A DNA stretch of 64,000 nt from Clostridia bacterium (GCA_017479865.1 JAFVBS010000014.1:4532-68531), one strand, 5' to 3'; counted from the stretch's first letter, positions 17,216 to 27,657 are shown. Notes: a model not told the origin generated them from the sequence alone. Numbers and translations: made by a program.

Positions 17216-17497
17216 ATGCAAATTACAGATGTACGTTTAAGAAAAGTAAATTCAGAAAACAGAATGAAAGCTGTTGCTTCTGTAACATTCGATAATGAAT
17301 TTGTTGTTCATGACATCAAAGTTATCGAAAGTCAAAATGGATTATTTATTGCTATGCCAAGCAGAAAAACTCCAAACGGAGAATTCAAGGATATAGCTCA
17401 TCCAATCAATGCTGATACTAGAGAAAAAATTCAAGCAGCTATCCTAGAAGCTTATGAAGCTCCAGATGCTGAAGTAGATACAGAATCAGCAGAATAA
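17216..17497 (+). CDS. spoVG: Septation/sporulation regulator SpoVG
   Basis: [11 protein letters not shown]...[49 protein letters not shown]. Confidence 0.95.
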   Translation: MQITDVRLRKVNSENRMKAVASVTFDNEFVVHDIKVIESQNGLFIAMPSRKTPNGEFKDIAHPINADTREKIQAAILEAYEAPDAEVDTESAE

Positions 17498-17510
17498 TAA
17501 ATGTAAATGA

Positions 17511-17542
17511 AAAGAAATGCTCTTAGGAACATTTCTTTTTTC
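17511..17542 (+). terminator. spoVG rho-independent terminator
   Basis: AAAGAAATG (17511-17519) pairs with CATTTCTTT (17530-17538), and a T-run follows. Confidence 0.65.
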
Positions 17543-17549
17543 AATATAC

Positions 17550-17578
17550 TTGCTTTTTTAAAAGAACTATGTTACAAT
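17550..17578 (+). promoter_or_regulatory. Sigma-A promoter for rpsO
   Basis: TTGCTT (17550-17555), a 17-nt spacer, then TACAAT (17573-17578). The leader contains the hairpin GTTAC..GTAAC before the RBS, so S15 autoregulation is possible. Confidence 0.5.
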
Positions 17579-17674
17579 ATTATAGGTTAGAAAAATTTAC
17601 CTTTTACTTGGTTACGGAATGAAAACACCACTGTAACTCAGTTGAAGTCATATTAAATTATAGGAGGTGTAAAT

Positions 17675-17938
17675 ATGACAAAAGAAAGAAAACAAGAAAT
17701 CATTGAAACTTATAGAAGAGACGAGAAAGATACTGGTTCACCAGAAGTTCAAATTGCTCTTTTAACAGAAAGAATTAATGAATTAACAGCCCATTTAAAA
17801 GTTCACACAAAGGATAACCATTCAAGACGTGGACTATTAAAAATGGTAGGTTCAAGAAGAAGCCTATTAAACTACTTAGCTAAAAAAGATATCCAAAGAT
17901 ATAGAGACATCGTTGAAAAATTAGGATTAAGAAAGTAA
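17675..17938 (+). CDS. rpsO: 30S ribosomal protein S15
   Basis: 87 aa, with [49 protein letters not shown]. Confidence 0.95.
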   Translation: MTKERKQEIIETYRRDEKDTGSPEVQIALLTERINELTAHLKVHTKDNHSRRGLLKMVGSRRSLLNYLAKKDIQRYRDIVEKLGLRK

Positions 17939-17939
17939 G

Positions 17940-18110
17940 ATAATTGTTGCTTAGCGAAAGCAAAGCTTTCGAGCAACCAATGCCACGTGCTTCGCACGGG
18001 CGAACCAAGGTAAATTAACCTTGTTATTTTGAAAAGTCCTAAAGAACTTTTCAAAATAATAATATAATTGTTGCTTAGATGTTGGACGTTTAGAATATTA
18101 AACGTCCAAT
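17940..18110 (+). promoter_or_regulatory. Highly structured rpsO-pnp intergenic region (five consecutive hairpins)
   Basis: Hairpins lie at 17946-17977 (nested CGAAAGC/GCTTTCG), 17986-17998, 18006-18023, 18027-18056 (11-bp stem) and 18082-18109. A 15-nt direct repeat ATAATTGTTGCTTAG occurs at 17940-17954 and 18064-18078. Confidence 0.5.
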
Positions 18111-18264
18111 TTCAAGGTTTAACATGCATAATATGTCAAAAAATTAGAAAAAATAATACAAACAATACTTTCCGTTGAAATGTAGCTTGTATGATGAGTT
18201 ATCAAACAATAATTTATCATAGAGGTTACGTCAATAGAGGTATTGAAAAGAAGGAGAAAAATTT

Positions 18265-20385
18265 ATGTTTAAAATTTACGAAACTGAATTAGCAGGAAGA
18301 AAACTGAGCATTGAAACTGGCAAAATTGCAGAACTTGCCAATGGTAGCGTCATGGTACGCTATGGAGAAACTGTTGTCATGGTAAACGTTACAGCAGCAA
18401 AACAACCAAAAGAAGGGGTTGACTTTTTTCCATTATCTGTTGATTATGAAGAAAAATTATATGCTGTAGGAAAAATCCCAGGCGGATTTGTGAAAAGAGA
18501 AGGAAAACCAGCAGATAAAGCAATTTTAACATCAAGAGCAATCGATAGACCATTAAGACCATTATTCCCAAAAGATTTTAGAAATGATACTTGTGTGGTA
18601 GCAACTGTGCTTTCTGTAGAGCCAGACAATAGCCCAGAAGTATGTGCCATGATTGGTGCATCTGCTGCACTTTCAATTTCTGATATTCCATTTGGAGGAC
18701 CAACAGCAGCAGTTAATGTAGGATATGTGGATGACCAAATTATCATTAACCCAACATTAGCGCAAAGAGAAAAAAGCAGATTAACTCTAACTGTTGCAGG
18801 AACATTAGACAAAATCACTATGATTGAAGCGGGAGCAGACGAGATTCCAAATGATACAATGTTAGAAGCAATTAAAACTGCTCATGAAGAAATTAAGAAA
18901 ATTTGCAACTTTATTTCAGACATCAAAGCAGAAATTGGAAAACCAAAATTTGAATATCAATCTTTTGCTACAGATCCAGAAGTATATAGAGAAATTGAAG
19001 CAAACTTCCAAGAAAGAATGTACCAAGATGTACAGGCTACTGACAAAACAGTAAGGGATAGCAACATTGAAAAAATTACTGAGGATATTACAGCATATTT
19101 TGTAGAAAAATATGGAGAAGAAGTAGCTGAAGAGAAGAAAACGTCGATTAGCGACAGTGTTCATGATTTGGAAAAAGCATGTGTTAGAAAAATGATTTTA
19201 GAAGAACATAAACGCCCAGACGGAAGAAAAATTGATGAAATCCGTCCACTTTCTTGTGAAGTAGGTATTTTACCAAGAGTTCATGGTAGTGCTATTTTCA
19301 CAAGAGGACAAACGCAAGTGATGTCAGTTGTTACATTAGGAATGAAAAGCGAAGAACAAGTACTAGATGGACTTGATGAAGAAGAAGCAAAAAGATACAT
19401 GCACCAATACAATTTTCCATCCTATAGTGTTGGAGAGGCAAGACCTTCGAGAGGTCCAGGAAGAAGAGAAATTGGTCATGGTGCCTTAGCCGAAAAAGCA
19501 TTAGTACCTGTCATTCCTTCAGAAGAAGAATTTCCTTATGCTATTCGTGTGGTATCAGAGGTACTTTCTTCTAATGGTTCTACTTCACAAGCAAGTATTT
19601 GTGGAAGCACTTTAGCATTAATGGATGCAGGCGTTCCAATTAAAAAGCCAGTAGCTGGTATTTCAACAGGATTAATTACTGATAAAAATGATCCAAGCAG
19701 ATATATTATGCTAACTGATATTCAAGGAATCGAAGATTTCTTTGGAGACATGGACTTTAAAGTTGGTGGAACAAAAGATGGAATTACTGCCATCCAAGTA
19801 GACATCAAAATTGATGGACTAACATATGATATTATTAAAGAAGCTTTTGAAAGAACCAAAATCGCAAGAGACTATATTTTAGATAATATCATGTTACCAG
19901 TAATTAGTGAGCCAAGGCTAGAAATTTCAAAATATGCTCCAAGAATCTTGACAGAAACAATTAGTATCGATAAAATTAAAGATGTCATCGGACCTGGTGG
20001 AAAAATGATTAATAAGATTATAGATGCAACAGGTGTTAAAATTGACATTGAAGAAGATGGAAAAGTTTGCGTATATTCAACTGATACTGAAAGCGGCAAA
20101 AAAGCGATGAAAATGATATTAGACATTGCCAAAGATATTGAAGTAGGTGGAATCTACGATGGAACAGTCACAAGAATTATGCCATTTGGCGCTTTTGTCG
20201 AAATTGGAGCTGGAAAAGAAGGATTACTTCATATCTCAAAAATTTCTAGCAAACGAGTAGAAAAAGTAGAAGACGTATTAAGCGTAGGAGACGAAGTAAC
20301 AGTAAAAGTTTCTGAAATTGACCCTCAAGGACGCATTAATCTAAATATGAAAGACTTAGAATCAAAAAATGAGGATAATAAATAA
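18265..20385 (+). CDS. pnp: Polyribonucleotide nucleotidyltransferase (PNPase)
   Basis: 706 aa with two RNase PH domains, a KH domain (GPGGKMINKIIDATG) and an S1 domain (GTVTRIMPFGAFVEI). Confidence 0.95.
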   Translation: MFKIYETELAGRKLSIETGKIAELANGSVMVRYGETVVMVNVTAAKQPKEGVDFFPLSVDYEEKLYAVGKIPGGFVKREGKPADKAILTSRAIDRPLRPLFPKDFRNDTCVVATVLSVEPDNSPEVCAMIGASAALSISDIPFGGPTAAVNVGYVDDQIIINPTLAQREKSRLTLTVAGTLDKITMIEAGADEIPNDTMLEAIKTAHEEIKKICNFISDIKAEIGKPKFEYQSFATDPEVYREIEANFQERMYQDVQATDKTVRDSNIEKITEDITAYFVEKYGEEVAEEKKTSISDSVHDLEKACVRKMILEEHKRPDGRKIDEIRPLSCEVGILPRVHGSAIFTRGQTQVMSVVTLGMKSEEQVLDGLDEEEAKRYMHQYNFPSYSVGEARPSRGPGRREIGHGALAEKALVPVIPSEEEFPYAIRVVSEVLSSNGSTSQASICGSTLALMDAGVPIKKPVAGISTGLITDKNDPSRYIMLTDIQGIEDFFGDMDFKVGGTKDGITAIQVDIKIDGLTYDIIKEAFERTKIARDYILDNIMLPVISEPRLEISKYAPRILTETISIDKIKDVIGPGGKMINKIIDATGVKIDIEEDGKVCVYSTDTESGKKAMKMILDIAKDIEVGGIYDGTVTRIMPFGAFVEIGAGKEGLLHISKISSKRVEKVEDVLSVGDEVTVKVSEIDPQGRINLNMKDLESKNEDNK

Positions 20386-20449
20386 ACTAAGGCGTGAACA
20401 ACGATGCAAAAAGACAATTATTGTTCAAGCTAAATAAAAGGAGAATATC

Positions 20450-21700
20450 ATGGAATATCTATACATCATACAACAAGCATTAGTATGGTTAATTACAATA
20501 TTCTGGCTATATCAATTATCGATTAGTATTTGTTCATTAGTCAAATTAAAAGATAAACCATTATTGGTTAACAAAAATCATCGCTTTATGGCAATTATTC
20601 CTGCTCATAACGAAGAGGCTGTTATCAGGGAATTAGTAGAAAGCTTGCAAAAGCAAGATTATCCAAAAGAATTATTGGATATTTATGTGATTGCAGATAA
20701 CTGTGATGATAACACTGCTCGCATTGCGAGAGAAGCGGGAGCCATTGTTTATGAAAGATTTGACCCAGAAAAGAAAACAAAGGGATATGCATTAGATTGG
20801 TTTTTAAAACAAAAAATCGAAGAGAATGCTCCATATGATGCTTTTTGCGTATTTGATGCCGATAATATTGTAGACCCTAACTTTATCAAAAATATGAACA
20901 AAAAGCTTTGCCAAGGTGAGGATGTTGTTCAAGGATATAGAGACATTAAAAACCCAACAGATAACTGGATTACAGCAGGATATGCTATTTTCTACTGGAC
21001 CATGAACCGCTTTTACCATTTGGCAAGATACAATGTAGGATTATCTCCATTAATTAATGGTACAGGATTTATGGTAAAATTTGATGTAGTAAAACCTGAT
21101 GGATGGGATACCAAAACATTAACAGAAGACATTGAATTTTCACTAAAAAGAATTATCAAAGGTAAAAAATTAGGTTGGGCAGTGGATGCCATTGTATATG
21201 ATGAACAGCCTTTAGGATTTAAGCAAAGCTGGAAACAAAGAACCAGATGGACAGTAGGACATATGCAATGCATTAAAGAATATACCAAACCATTAGCTGT
21301 TGCAGTAAAAGAAAATAAAACATTAATGAACTTTGATGGATTTTTATATATTATTGGAAGTATTCCAATGTTTGTAGCAACCATTGTTTTATTATTGTTC
21401 AACTTTGTAATGTACTCAGCAAACGGAATGAGTGAACTAGACCTTGGAATTAACATCGCGCGTTATGTTGTTCCAACATTTTTCCTGCCAATTTTAACAG
21501 CAGTATTTATTATGTGGCTTGATAAAAAGCCAATCAAACCTATGATAAAAGGATTACTCTGTTATCCATTATTCTTAGGCTCATGGCTTTTGATTAACTT
21601 TAAATGTTTATTCAAACGTGACACAAGTTGGGATAAAATAGAGCATGTAAGAAAAATTGCTATTCAGGAAGTATCTGAAACGGAAAAAGTAGAAAATTAA
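20450..21700 (+). CDS. Membrane-integrated family 2 glycosyltransferase (processive synthase-like, QxxRW)
   Basis: 416 aa with an N-terminal TM, a GT-A core (IIPAHNEE, FDADN), the QRTRW motif and four C-terminal TM helices. Confidence 0.8.
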   Translation: MEYLYIIQQALVWLITIFWLYQLSISICSLVKLKDKPLLVNKNHRFMAIIPAHNEEAVIRELVESLQKQDYPKELLDIYVIADNCDDNTARIAREAGAIVYERFDPEKKTKGYALDWFLKQKIEENAPYDAFCVFDADNIVDPNFIKNMNKKLCQGEDVVQGYRDIKNPTDNWITAGYAIFYWTMNRFYHLARYNVGLSPLINGTGFMVKFDVVKPDGWDTKTLTEDIEFSLKRIIKGKKLGWAVDAIVYDEQPLGFKQSWKQRTRWTVGHMQCIKEYTKPLAVAVKENKTLMNFDGFLYIIGSIPMFVATIVLLLFNFVMYSANGMSELDLGINIARYVVPTFFLPILTAVFIMWLDKKPIKPMIKGLLCYPLFLGSWLLINFKCLFKRDTSWDKIEHVRKIAIQEVSETEKVEN

Positions 21701-21706
21701 TAATAG

Positions 21707-21750
21707 AAAAACACTACATTATGCTTTGACAAGCAATGTAGTGTTTTTTT
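21707..21750. terminator. Bidirectional terminator
   Basis: AAAAACACTACATT (21707-21720) pairs with AATGTAGTGTTTTT (21734-21747), with T-runs and A-runs on either side. Confidence 0.65.
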
Positions 21751-21811
21751 AGCATATTGTGGTAACACACATTTTGATGATTTGTTTTCTCATATTTATT
21801 TTAAGTATTTG

Positions 21812-23317
21812 TCAAATCTTTTTGGCGAATTTGTTAATCCAAATTGATGCTACAGGAATTAATACTACAATATATGGAAGAATATATCTTGACTTTGCTT
21901 CCCATAAAATGTGGAATGCGAATCCACCAATAAAAATGGTAATTAAAAATATGACATCTAATGAAAGATTTTTTCTGTTTTGAAGTAACACTATCAAGCT
22001 ACAAAAACAGGTAATAATCAATAACATCTTCTGATAAAATGTTAATGGTTCAATCATATTTTCAAAATGATACTGTCCACCATCCATATTAACTCTTACT
22101 GCTGCATAAGTATTTTCTGTCCACATAGAAGCGATTTTATTAATGTAAAAATCAAAAGTATATTCAAAATTTTGCGAAAAATAAGTTAACCTTTGTTTGA
22201 TTTTTTCAGCATATTCGCTTTGAATTGCTTTTTTGTCATCTGCCTTTAATGCTGGCTCCCCAATACCTTCGTTATACCATCCGTTTGCTCTTGGACCTTC
22301 CTCCATTGCCATCAGAAAATAACTGATATTAGGATATGCCTTATTCTTATCCAGTTCGTATTTATTTAAATAATAATTTTTTACCAAGGAAGAGGGAAGA
22401 ATGGCAATAGCAATGTATATGATAATGATGAATAAGTTAAAAACATTCTCTTTTCCAGTCTTTGTGGTAATATTTTTGAAGAGATTTAATAGTAAGTATA
22501 TCACAGTGGCAATTATAAAAATTAAGCTATTCATTCGTAGCATATAAGCTAGCATTGTCAAAATTGAGGCAAAGATAGGATAACTCACATTTTTTGTTTC
22601 GGTATATCTCATCATAAAATATACTGACCATAAGCACAGAGCTAAAGCTGGAATATCTCCATAGATAAAGGTAGCAAGCATAGGAAGTGAGATAAACGTC
22701 AGGATCAATGTAAACAATAGCACTTTGTTGGTTCGGTATGTTTTTGATAATTGAACAGTAATTTTATATAATGCAAAAACAATGAGAATGTTACCAATGA
22801 CGTTTAATACTCTTAACACGCCAATTCCATCAAACTGAATCAATCGAAAGAACATACTAAACACAAATGCTAACGAAATTTGCTGATGATATGCTTGCAT
22901 ATATTCACTAAGTGGAATTCCTGCATATGTTAAATTAGGTAAAAATTCTTCTGCATTGTCACGATAAAAAGTTTGTGCTAAATTGCAGGCGTGAATTTGA
23001 TCTCCGACAATTGCAGGTCTTACTACAATCACCCAGAGAATACTAAATGCAACATAAATTATCAAGGCAATCATCAATAAAATTTTTCTTAATCTCTTTT
23101 TAGATTTCAAGTTCATGTCATTGTTAAGACGTTCATCGATAATTCTTGCTATAAAAAATAGCAAACCGCTAGACACGATTAACGCTAGCATAGTTCCAAA
23201 GTTGTGAAAGCGAATGGTAATATGCTCAGAACCATCTAAATTTGCTGTCAATAATACATTTAAAATCAACACAATTGCTAGAAATAGTATTCCAAATAAA
23301 TAAATAATTTTCTTCAT
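21812..23317 (-). CDS. Polytopic GT-C-fold glycosyltransferase (ArnT/PMT/GT39-like), putative
   Basis: About 501 aa with 12 or more TM helices and a C-terminal extracytoplasmic domain. RBS GGAGAA favours the MKKIIYLFG start at 23317 over the track start at 23374. Confidence 0.5.
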   Translation of the reverse strand: MKKIIYLFGILFLAIVLILNVLLTANLDGSEHITIRFHNFGTMLALIVSSGLLFFIARIIDERLNNDMNLKSKKRLRKILLMIALIIYVAFSILWVIVVRPAIVGDQIHACNLAQTFYRDNAEEFLPNLTYAGIPLSEYMQAYHQQISLAFVFSMFFRLIQFDGIGVLRVLNVIGNILIVFALYKITVQLSKTYRTNKVLLFTLILTFISLPMLATFIYGDIPALALCLWSVYFMMRYTETKNVSYPIFASILTMLAYMLRMNSLIFIIATVIYLLLNLFKNITTKTGKENVFNLFIIIIYIAIAILPSSLVKNYYLNKYELDKNKAYPNISYFLMAMEEGPRANGWYNEGIGEPALKADDKKAIQSEYAEKIKQRLTYFSQNFEYTFDFYINKIASMWTENTYAAVRVNMDGGQYHFENMIEPLTFYQKMLLIITCFCSLIVLLQNRKNLSLDVIFLITIFIGGFAFHILWEAKSRYILPYIVVLIPVASIWINKFAKKI

Positions 23318-23473
23318 CTTTTTTTCTCCGTTTATTTTTTCTACATCATAGCACATATGAGTATGATTGGTCAAGCGAATTTTAGTAATTGCTATTAAAA
23401 AACAAACTTGCTATTGAGAAAAATAATTTAATGTGATAAAATGTGTAAAACAAACGAATAAGGAGAGAAAAAA

Positions 23474-24946
23474 GTGAAAAAAATTAATTTCAAATATTGC
23501 CACATTGCTATCCTCATTTTAGGAACCATTTTTATTGCATTATCGATTTTTCATACTAATATGTGGTTTGACGAAAGCTATTCAGTAGCAATCGTAAAAC
23601 ATTCTTTTTCAGAAATTTGGCAAATAGGGAGCAAAGATGTTCATCCTATTTTGTATTACTTTTGCCTACATGCATTAAATTTAATCTTTGGAAATAATCT
23701 AATAGTATACCGAATTTTTTCGGCGACTACAATTGCTCTGTTGGGTCTACTGGGATATACCCATATTCGAAAAGATTTTGGAGAAAAAACAGGAATTTTA
23801 TTCTCGTTTTTTGCATTATTCTTACCAGTAGCTGCACAATATGCAGGAGAAATTAGAATGTATTCCTTAGGAATGTTGCTAGGTACGATTATGGCTATCT
23901 ATGCATATCGCATTTATATAGGAAATATTCATAAAACTACTTATCTTTTCTTTGGATTAAGTAGCTTGGCTGTTGCTTATACTCATTATTATGGATTAAT
24001 GCTAGCTGGAATTGTCAATTTATTGCTATTGATTTACCTATGCAAAAATCACAAACAAAGAAAGAGTGACTTGAAGAAATTCATCATTACTGCAGTTTTG
24101 CAAGTACTTGGGTATCTGCCATGGTTGTTACATTTTATAAAACAAGTAAGTGGAGTTTCAAAAGGATTTTGGATTACACTTTCGTTTCCGGGTACACTCT
24201 ATGATATTTTAACAATACAATATCAAGGAAATTTAAAATATGCTCCCATCATTCTATCAACACTACTATATGCTTATCTCATTTATTTAATTTCACGAAC
24301 AGAAAAGAAAGAGAGAAAGCCGGCAATATGGTGCTTAGAAATTTATGTTTCGATTATTTTAGCGGCATTGCTCATTTCATTGGTAATGCATAGTGCTATT
24401 TTGCTAAGCCGTTATTTATTAATTAGCACAGGTTTACTCATTTTTGCACTCGCATTTTTTATCGCAAGAGATAAAAAGAGTTGGAGAGCAATTTTGGTTT
24501 GTGCTATTGTTTTAGTAATGTCTGGCATTAGCAACCGCAAAATTGTTCAAGAAAATTATGCTGTAGCAAATCGTGAATGGTTTCAATACATGCAAAGCAC
24601 AATTCAAGCGGATGATATCATTGTATATCGCAATGCCATTAATGGAGCAGTCGTTACAACGGAACTTTCAAATATATGCAATAATCAATCGTATTTCTAT
24701 GATAAAGAACATTGGAATGTAGACGAACCATACAAATCATATGGCCCATATATGCAAATTAAAGACACCTTAGAAGAAATTTTAGAAAATTATAAAGGAA
24801 GAATTTGGCTCATTGAAAGTGGTAATATGCATGAACTAAAAGATGAAATTGCAGAAAAATATGATATTACAGTGATCGAGGAAAAACAATTTGAAGTACC
24901 ATATAGAAATTATGCATATACCATTGAATTGATTGAAAAAAGATAA
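23474..24946 (+). CDS. Polytopic GT-C-fold glycosyltransferase (GT39/83-like), putative
   Basis: 490 aa with a GTG start after AAGGAGAG. The first-loop motif is NMWFDESYS. It has multiple TM helices and a C-terminal soluble domain. Confidence 0.55.
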   Translation: MKKINFKYCHIAILILGTIFIALSIFHTNMWFDESYSVAIVKHSFSEIWQIGSKDVHPILYYFCLHALNLIFGNNLIVYRIFSATTIALLGLLGYTHIRKDFGEKTGILFSFFALFLPVAAQYAGEIRMYSLGMLLGTIMAIYAYRIYIGNIHKTTYLFFGLSSLAVAYTHYYGLMLAGIVNLLLLIYLCKNHKQRKSDLKKFIITAVLQVLGYLPWLLHFIKQVSGVSKGFWITLSFPGTLYDILTIQYQGNLKYAPIILSTLLYAYLIYLISRTEKKERKPAIWCLEIYVSIILAALLISLVMHSAILLSRYLLISTGLLIFALAFFIARDKKSWRAILVCAIVLVMSGISNRKIVQENYAVANREWFQYMQSTIQADDIIVYRNAINGAVVTTELSNICNNQSYFYDKEHWNVDEPYKSYGPYMQIKDTLEEILENYKGRIWLIESGNMHELKDEIAEKYDITVIEEKQFEVPYRNYAYTIELIEKR

Positions 24947-24960
24947 AAGGAGAGAGAATA

Positions 24961-26507
24961 TTGCAATTGTTTAATAATCTTGCTCAAAACGAAGAGATAA
25001 AAGTATATGCTTTTATCGGACCATCAGGAACTGGCAAGAGTTACCGTGCACAGATGGTAGCCAGTGAAAACAATATTAATTATATTATTGATGATGGCAT
25101 TTTAATTAAGGATAATGGAATCATTGCGGGAAGTTCTGCCAAAAAGCGCCTACTAAAGTAGAAACTGTGAAAAAAGCTATTTTTTTAGATGAAAAAGAAA
25201 AAAATGAAATGAGAAGAGCTATTAGAAAATGCAAACCAGAAGCAATTCTCATTTTAGGAACTTCGGATGGAATGATCGACAAAATTACAGAAAATTTAGG
25301 ATTACCAAAGCCGGAAAAAAGAATTTATATCCAAGAAGTAGCAACAGAAGCCGAAATGGAAACAGCAAAAAGAATTCGTACCACACAAGGAAAACATGTT
25401 ATTCCTGTGCCTACCTTTGAAATCAAAAAAGACTTTTCGGGATACATTTTAGATCCACTTCAAATTTTTAAATTCAAGGGAAATGGAAATAACCCATATA
25501 TCGCAGAAAAGTCAATTATTAGGCCAACTTTTAGCTATTTAGGTAATTTTACCATTTCGGACACAGTGTTTAGACAAATTGCAGAATATTTAGCAAAAAA
25601 GTCAGATGCCATTTATAAAGTGGTGAGAAACAGGGTAGAAAGTACGCCAGAAGGACCTAACATTTATATGGAGGTTTCCATTAATTATGGATACAACATT
25701 CTTCAATCGTTAAGAAATTTTAGAACAAGAATTAAAAAAGAAATTGAAATACTCACAACCATGAATGTAAAAGAAATCACCATTGTTGCCAAAGGATTAC
25801 ATATGCCAGAAAAAGAAGAAGTAAAAGAGAAACAATCTCAAAAAACATTTATTGTAGCAATGGATGGACCAGCAGGCACGGGAAAGGGGACCATTGCCAA
25901 GCTCATTAGTCAGGAGATGAATTTAGTCAACATCGATACAGGAGCAATGTACCGTTGCGTAGCCCTAAAGGCACTTCAAACAAATGTGAAATTAGAAGAA
26001 ACAGAAAAATTAATTGCAATTTCGAATCATATCAAAATAGAGATAGAGAATAAAGAAGGAGTTCAAAAATTCTATTTAGATGGAAAAGATGTGACAGAAG
26101 AGATTCGTAGTAAAGAAGTGACAGCAATTGTTTCGCAAGTTTCAACAATTCCTGAAGTGCGTGAAAATATGGTTGCATTACAAAGAAAAATGGCAGAGGG
26201 AAAAAATGTAATTATGGAAGGAAGAGATATCACAACAGTGGTATTTCCCAATGCAAATGTTAAAATTTATTTAGATGCTGAAGTAGAAGAAAGAGCAAAA
26301 AGAAGATATGAAGAAAACATTGCCAAGGGAATGAAAACTACTTTGGAGGAAACGTTAGAGGCAATGAAACAAAGAGACTACAATGATATGCATAAACCAG
26401 TAGGAGCTTTAAAAATAGCAGAAGATGCAATTGTAGTAGATACCACCAAAATGACAATTGAAGAAGTAAAAAATAGAGTAAAAGAAATGATTAATAGTAA
26501 AAAATAA
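24961..26507 (+). pseudogene. cmk: P-loop NTPase / Asp23-like / cytidylate kinase composite gene with an apparent frameshift in an A5 run
   Basis: ORF 24961-25161 carries Walker A (FIGPSGTGKS) and stops at the TAG at 25159. The next frame is open from 25116 and continues into ORF 25167-26507. Adding one A to AAAAA (25141-25145) gives ...GSSAKKAPTKVETVKKAIFLDE.... The middle region is Asp23-like (IRPTFSYLGNFTISDTVFRQIAEY...). The C-terminal 220 aa is Cmk (IVAMDGPAGTGKGTIAKLIS, NIDTGAMYR). Confidence 0.7.
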
Positions 26508-26522
26508 GAAGGAGGAATTATT

Positions 26523-27536
26523 ATGGCAATCTTATTACCAGGAGGAGCAGGATACATTGGAAGTCATACTGCAGTAGAATTATTAAATCAAGGAAAGGAA
26601 ATTGTGATTGTTGATGATTTTTCAAACAGCAAATCAGAAGTGTTGGACAAAATCAAACAAATCACGGGAAAAGATTTTAAATTTTATGAGCTCAATTATT
26701 TAGATAAAGAGAGCTTAGAAAAAGTATTTGAAGAAAATGATATTGAAGCGGTTATCAATTTTGCAGGATATAAAGCAGTAGGAGAATCAGTAAAAAAGCC
26801 AATTGAATATTATATCAACAATGTTTCAGGAGCATTAGTTCTTTTAGACACTATGAAAAAATATGGTTGCAAAAGGTTTATCTTTAGTTCTTCTGCAACA
26901 GTATATGGAGAACGCAAAGAAGTTGAATACACTGAAGAAATGAAAAGAGGAGAAACCACAAACCCATATGGAACTACTAAAGCAATGATAGAAAAAATAT
27001 TAGAAGATATTTATACCTCCGACCCAGAATGGAGTATTGGAATTTTAAGGTACTTTAACCCAGTAGGAGCACATGAAAGCGGGTTGATTGGGGAAAACCC
27101 TCAAGGGATTCCTAATAACTTAATGCCATTTATTATGAAAGTGGCTAACAAAGAATTAGACCATTTAAATATTTTTGGGAATGACTATCAAGAAACGAAA
27201 GATGGAACAGGAGCAAGAGACTTTTTACATGTGGTAGATTTAGCCATTGGACATATCAAAGCTTTAGAAAAATTAGAACAAGAAAAAACGGGAATCTATG
27301 TATATAATTTAGGAACAGGAAACCCATATACGGTGCAAGAAATGGTAGATACTTTTCAAAAGGTCAATCATGTGGTAGTACCATATCAATATACTGCGAG
27401 AAGAGCAGGCGATTTGCCGATTTATTATGCCAATTCAGAAAAGGCAAAAAAAGAACTAAATTGGGTGGCAACGAAAACGTTAGAAGATATGTGCAAAGAT
27501 TCTTGGAATTATGTTCAAAAAAATAGCAATAAATAA
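26523..27536 (+). CDS. galE: UDP-glucose 4-epimerase
   Basis: 337 aa with GGAGYIGSH, SSSATVYG, the YGTTK catalytic motif and RYFNPVGAH. Confidence 0.88.
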   Translation: MAILLPGGAGYIGSHTAVELLNQGKEIVIVDDFSNSKSEVLDKIKQITGKDFKFYELNYLDKESLEKVFEENDIEAVINFAGYKAVGESVKKPIEYYINNVSGALVLLDTMKKYGCKRFIFSSSATVYGERKEVEYTEEMKRGETTNPYGTTKAMIEKILEDIYTSDPEWSIGILRYFNPVGAHESGLIGENPQGIPNNLMPFIMKVANKELDHLNIFGNDYQETKDGTGARDFLHVVDLAIGHIKALEKLEQEKTGIYVYNLGTGNPYTVQEMVDTFQKVNHVVVPYQYTARRAGDLPIYYANSEKAKKELNWVATKTLEDMCKDSWNYVQKNSNK

Positions 27537-27547
27537 TGGAAAGACAT

Positions 27548-27585
27548 ATCCTAAAATAGTAATTCTATTTTGGGATAGTTTTTTT
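27548..27585 (+). terminator. galE terminator
   Basis: ATCCTAAAATAG (27548-27559) pairs with CTATTTTGGGAT (27565-27576), and a T7 run follows. Confidence 0.6.
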
Positions 27586-27657
27586 AGAAAATTAGAAAAT
27601 ATTGTTGAAAAATGTAATAGAGTGATATATAATTAAAACAATGAAAAAAATGGAGTA

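Noticed and set aside
21759-21983. 74-aa plus-strand ORF; also 49615-49833, 49860-50060, 61359-61550, 25229-25420, 4976-5197 and 15416-15703
   Set aside because: They overlap real genes in other frames or strands, or sit in promoter/terminator DNA. None has an RBS, and their composition is odd.
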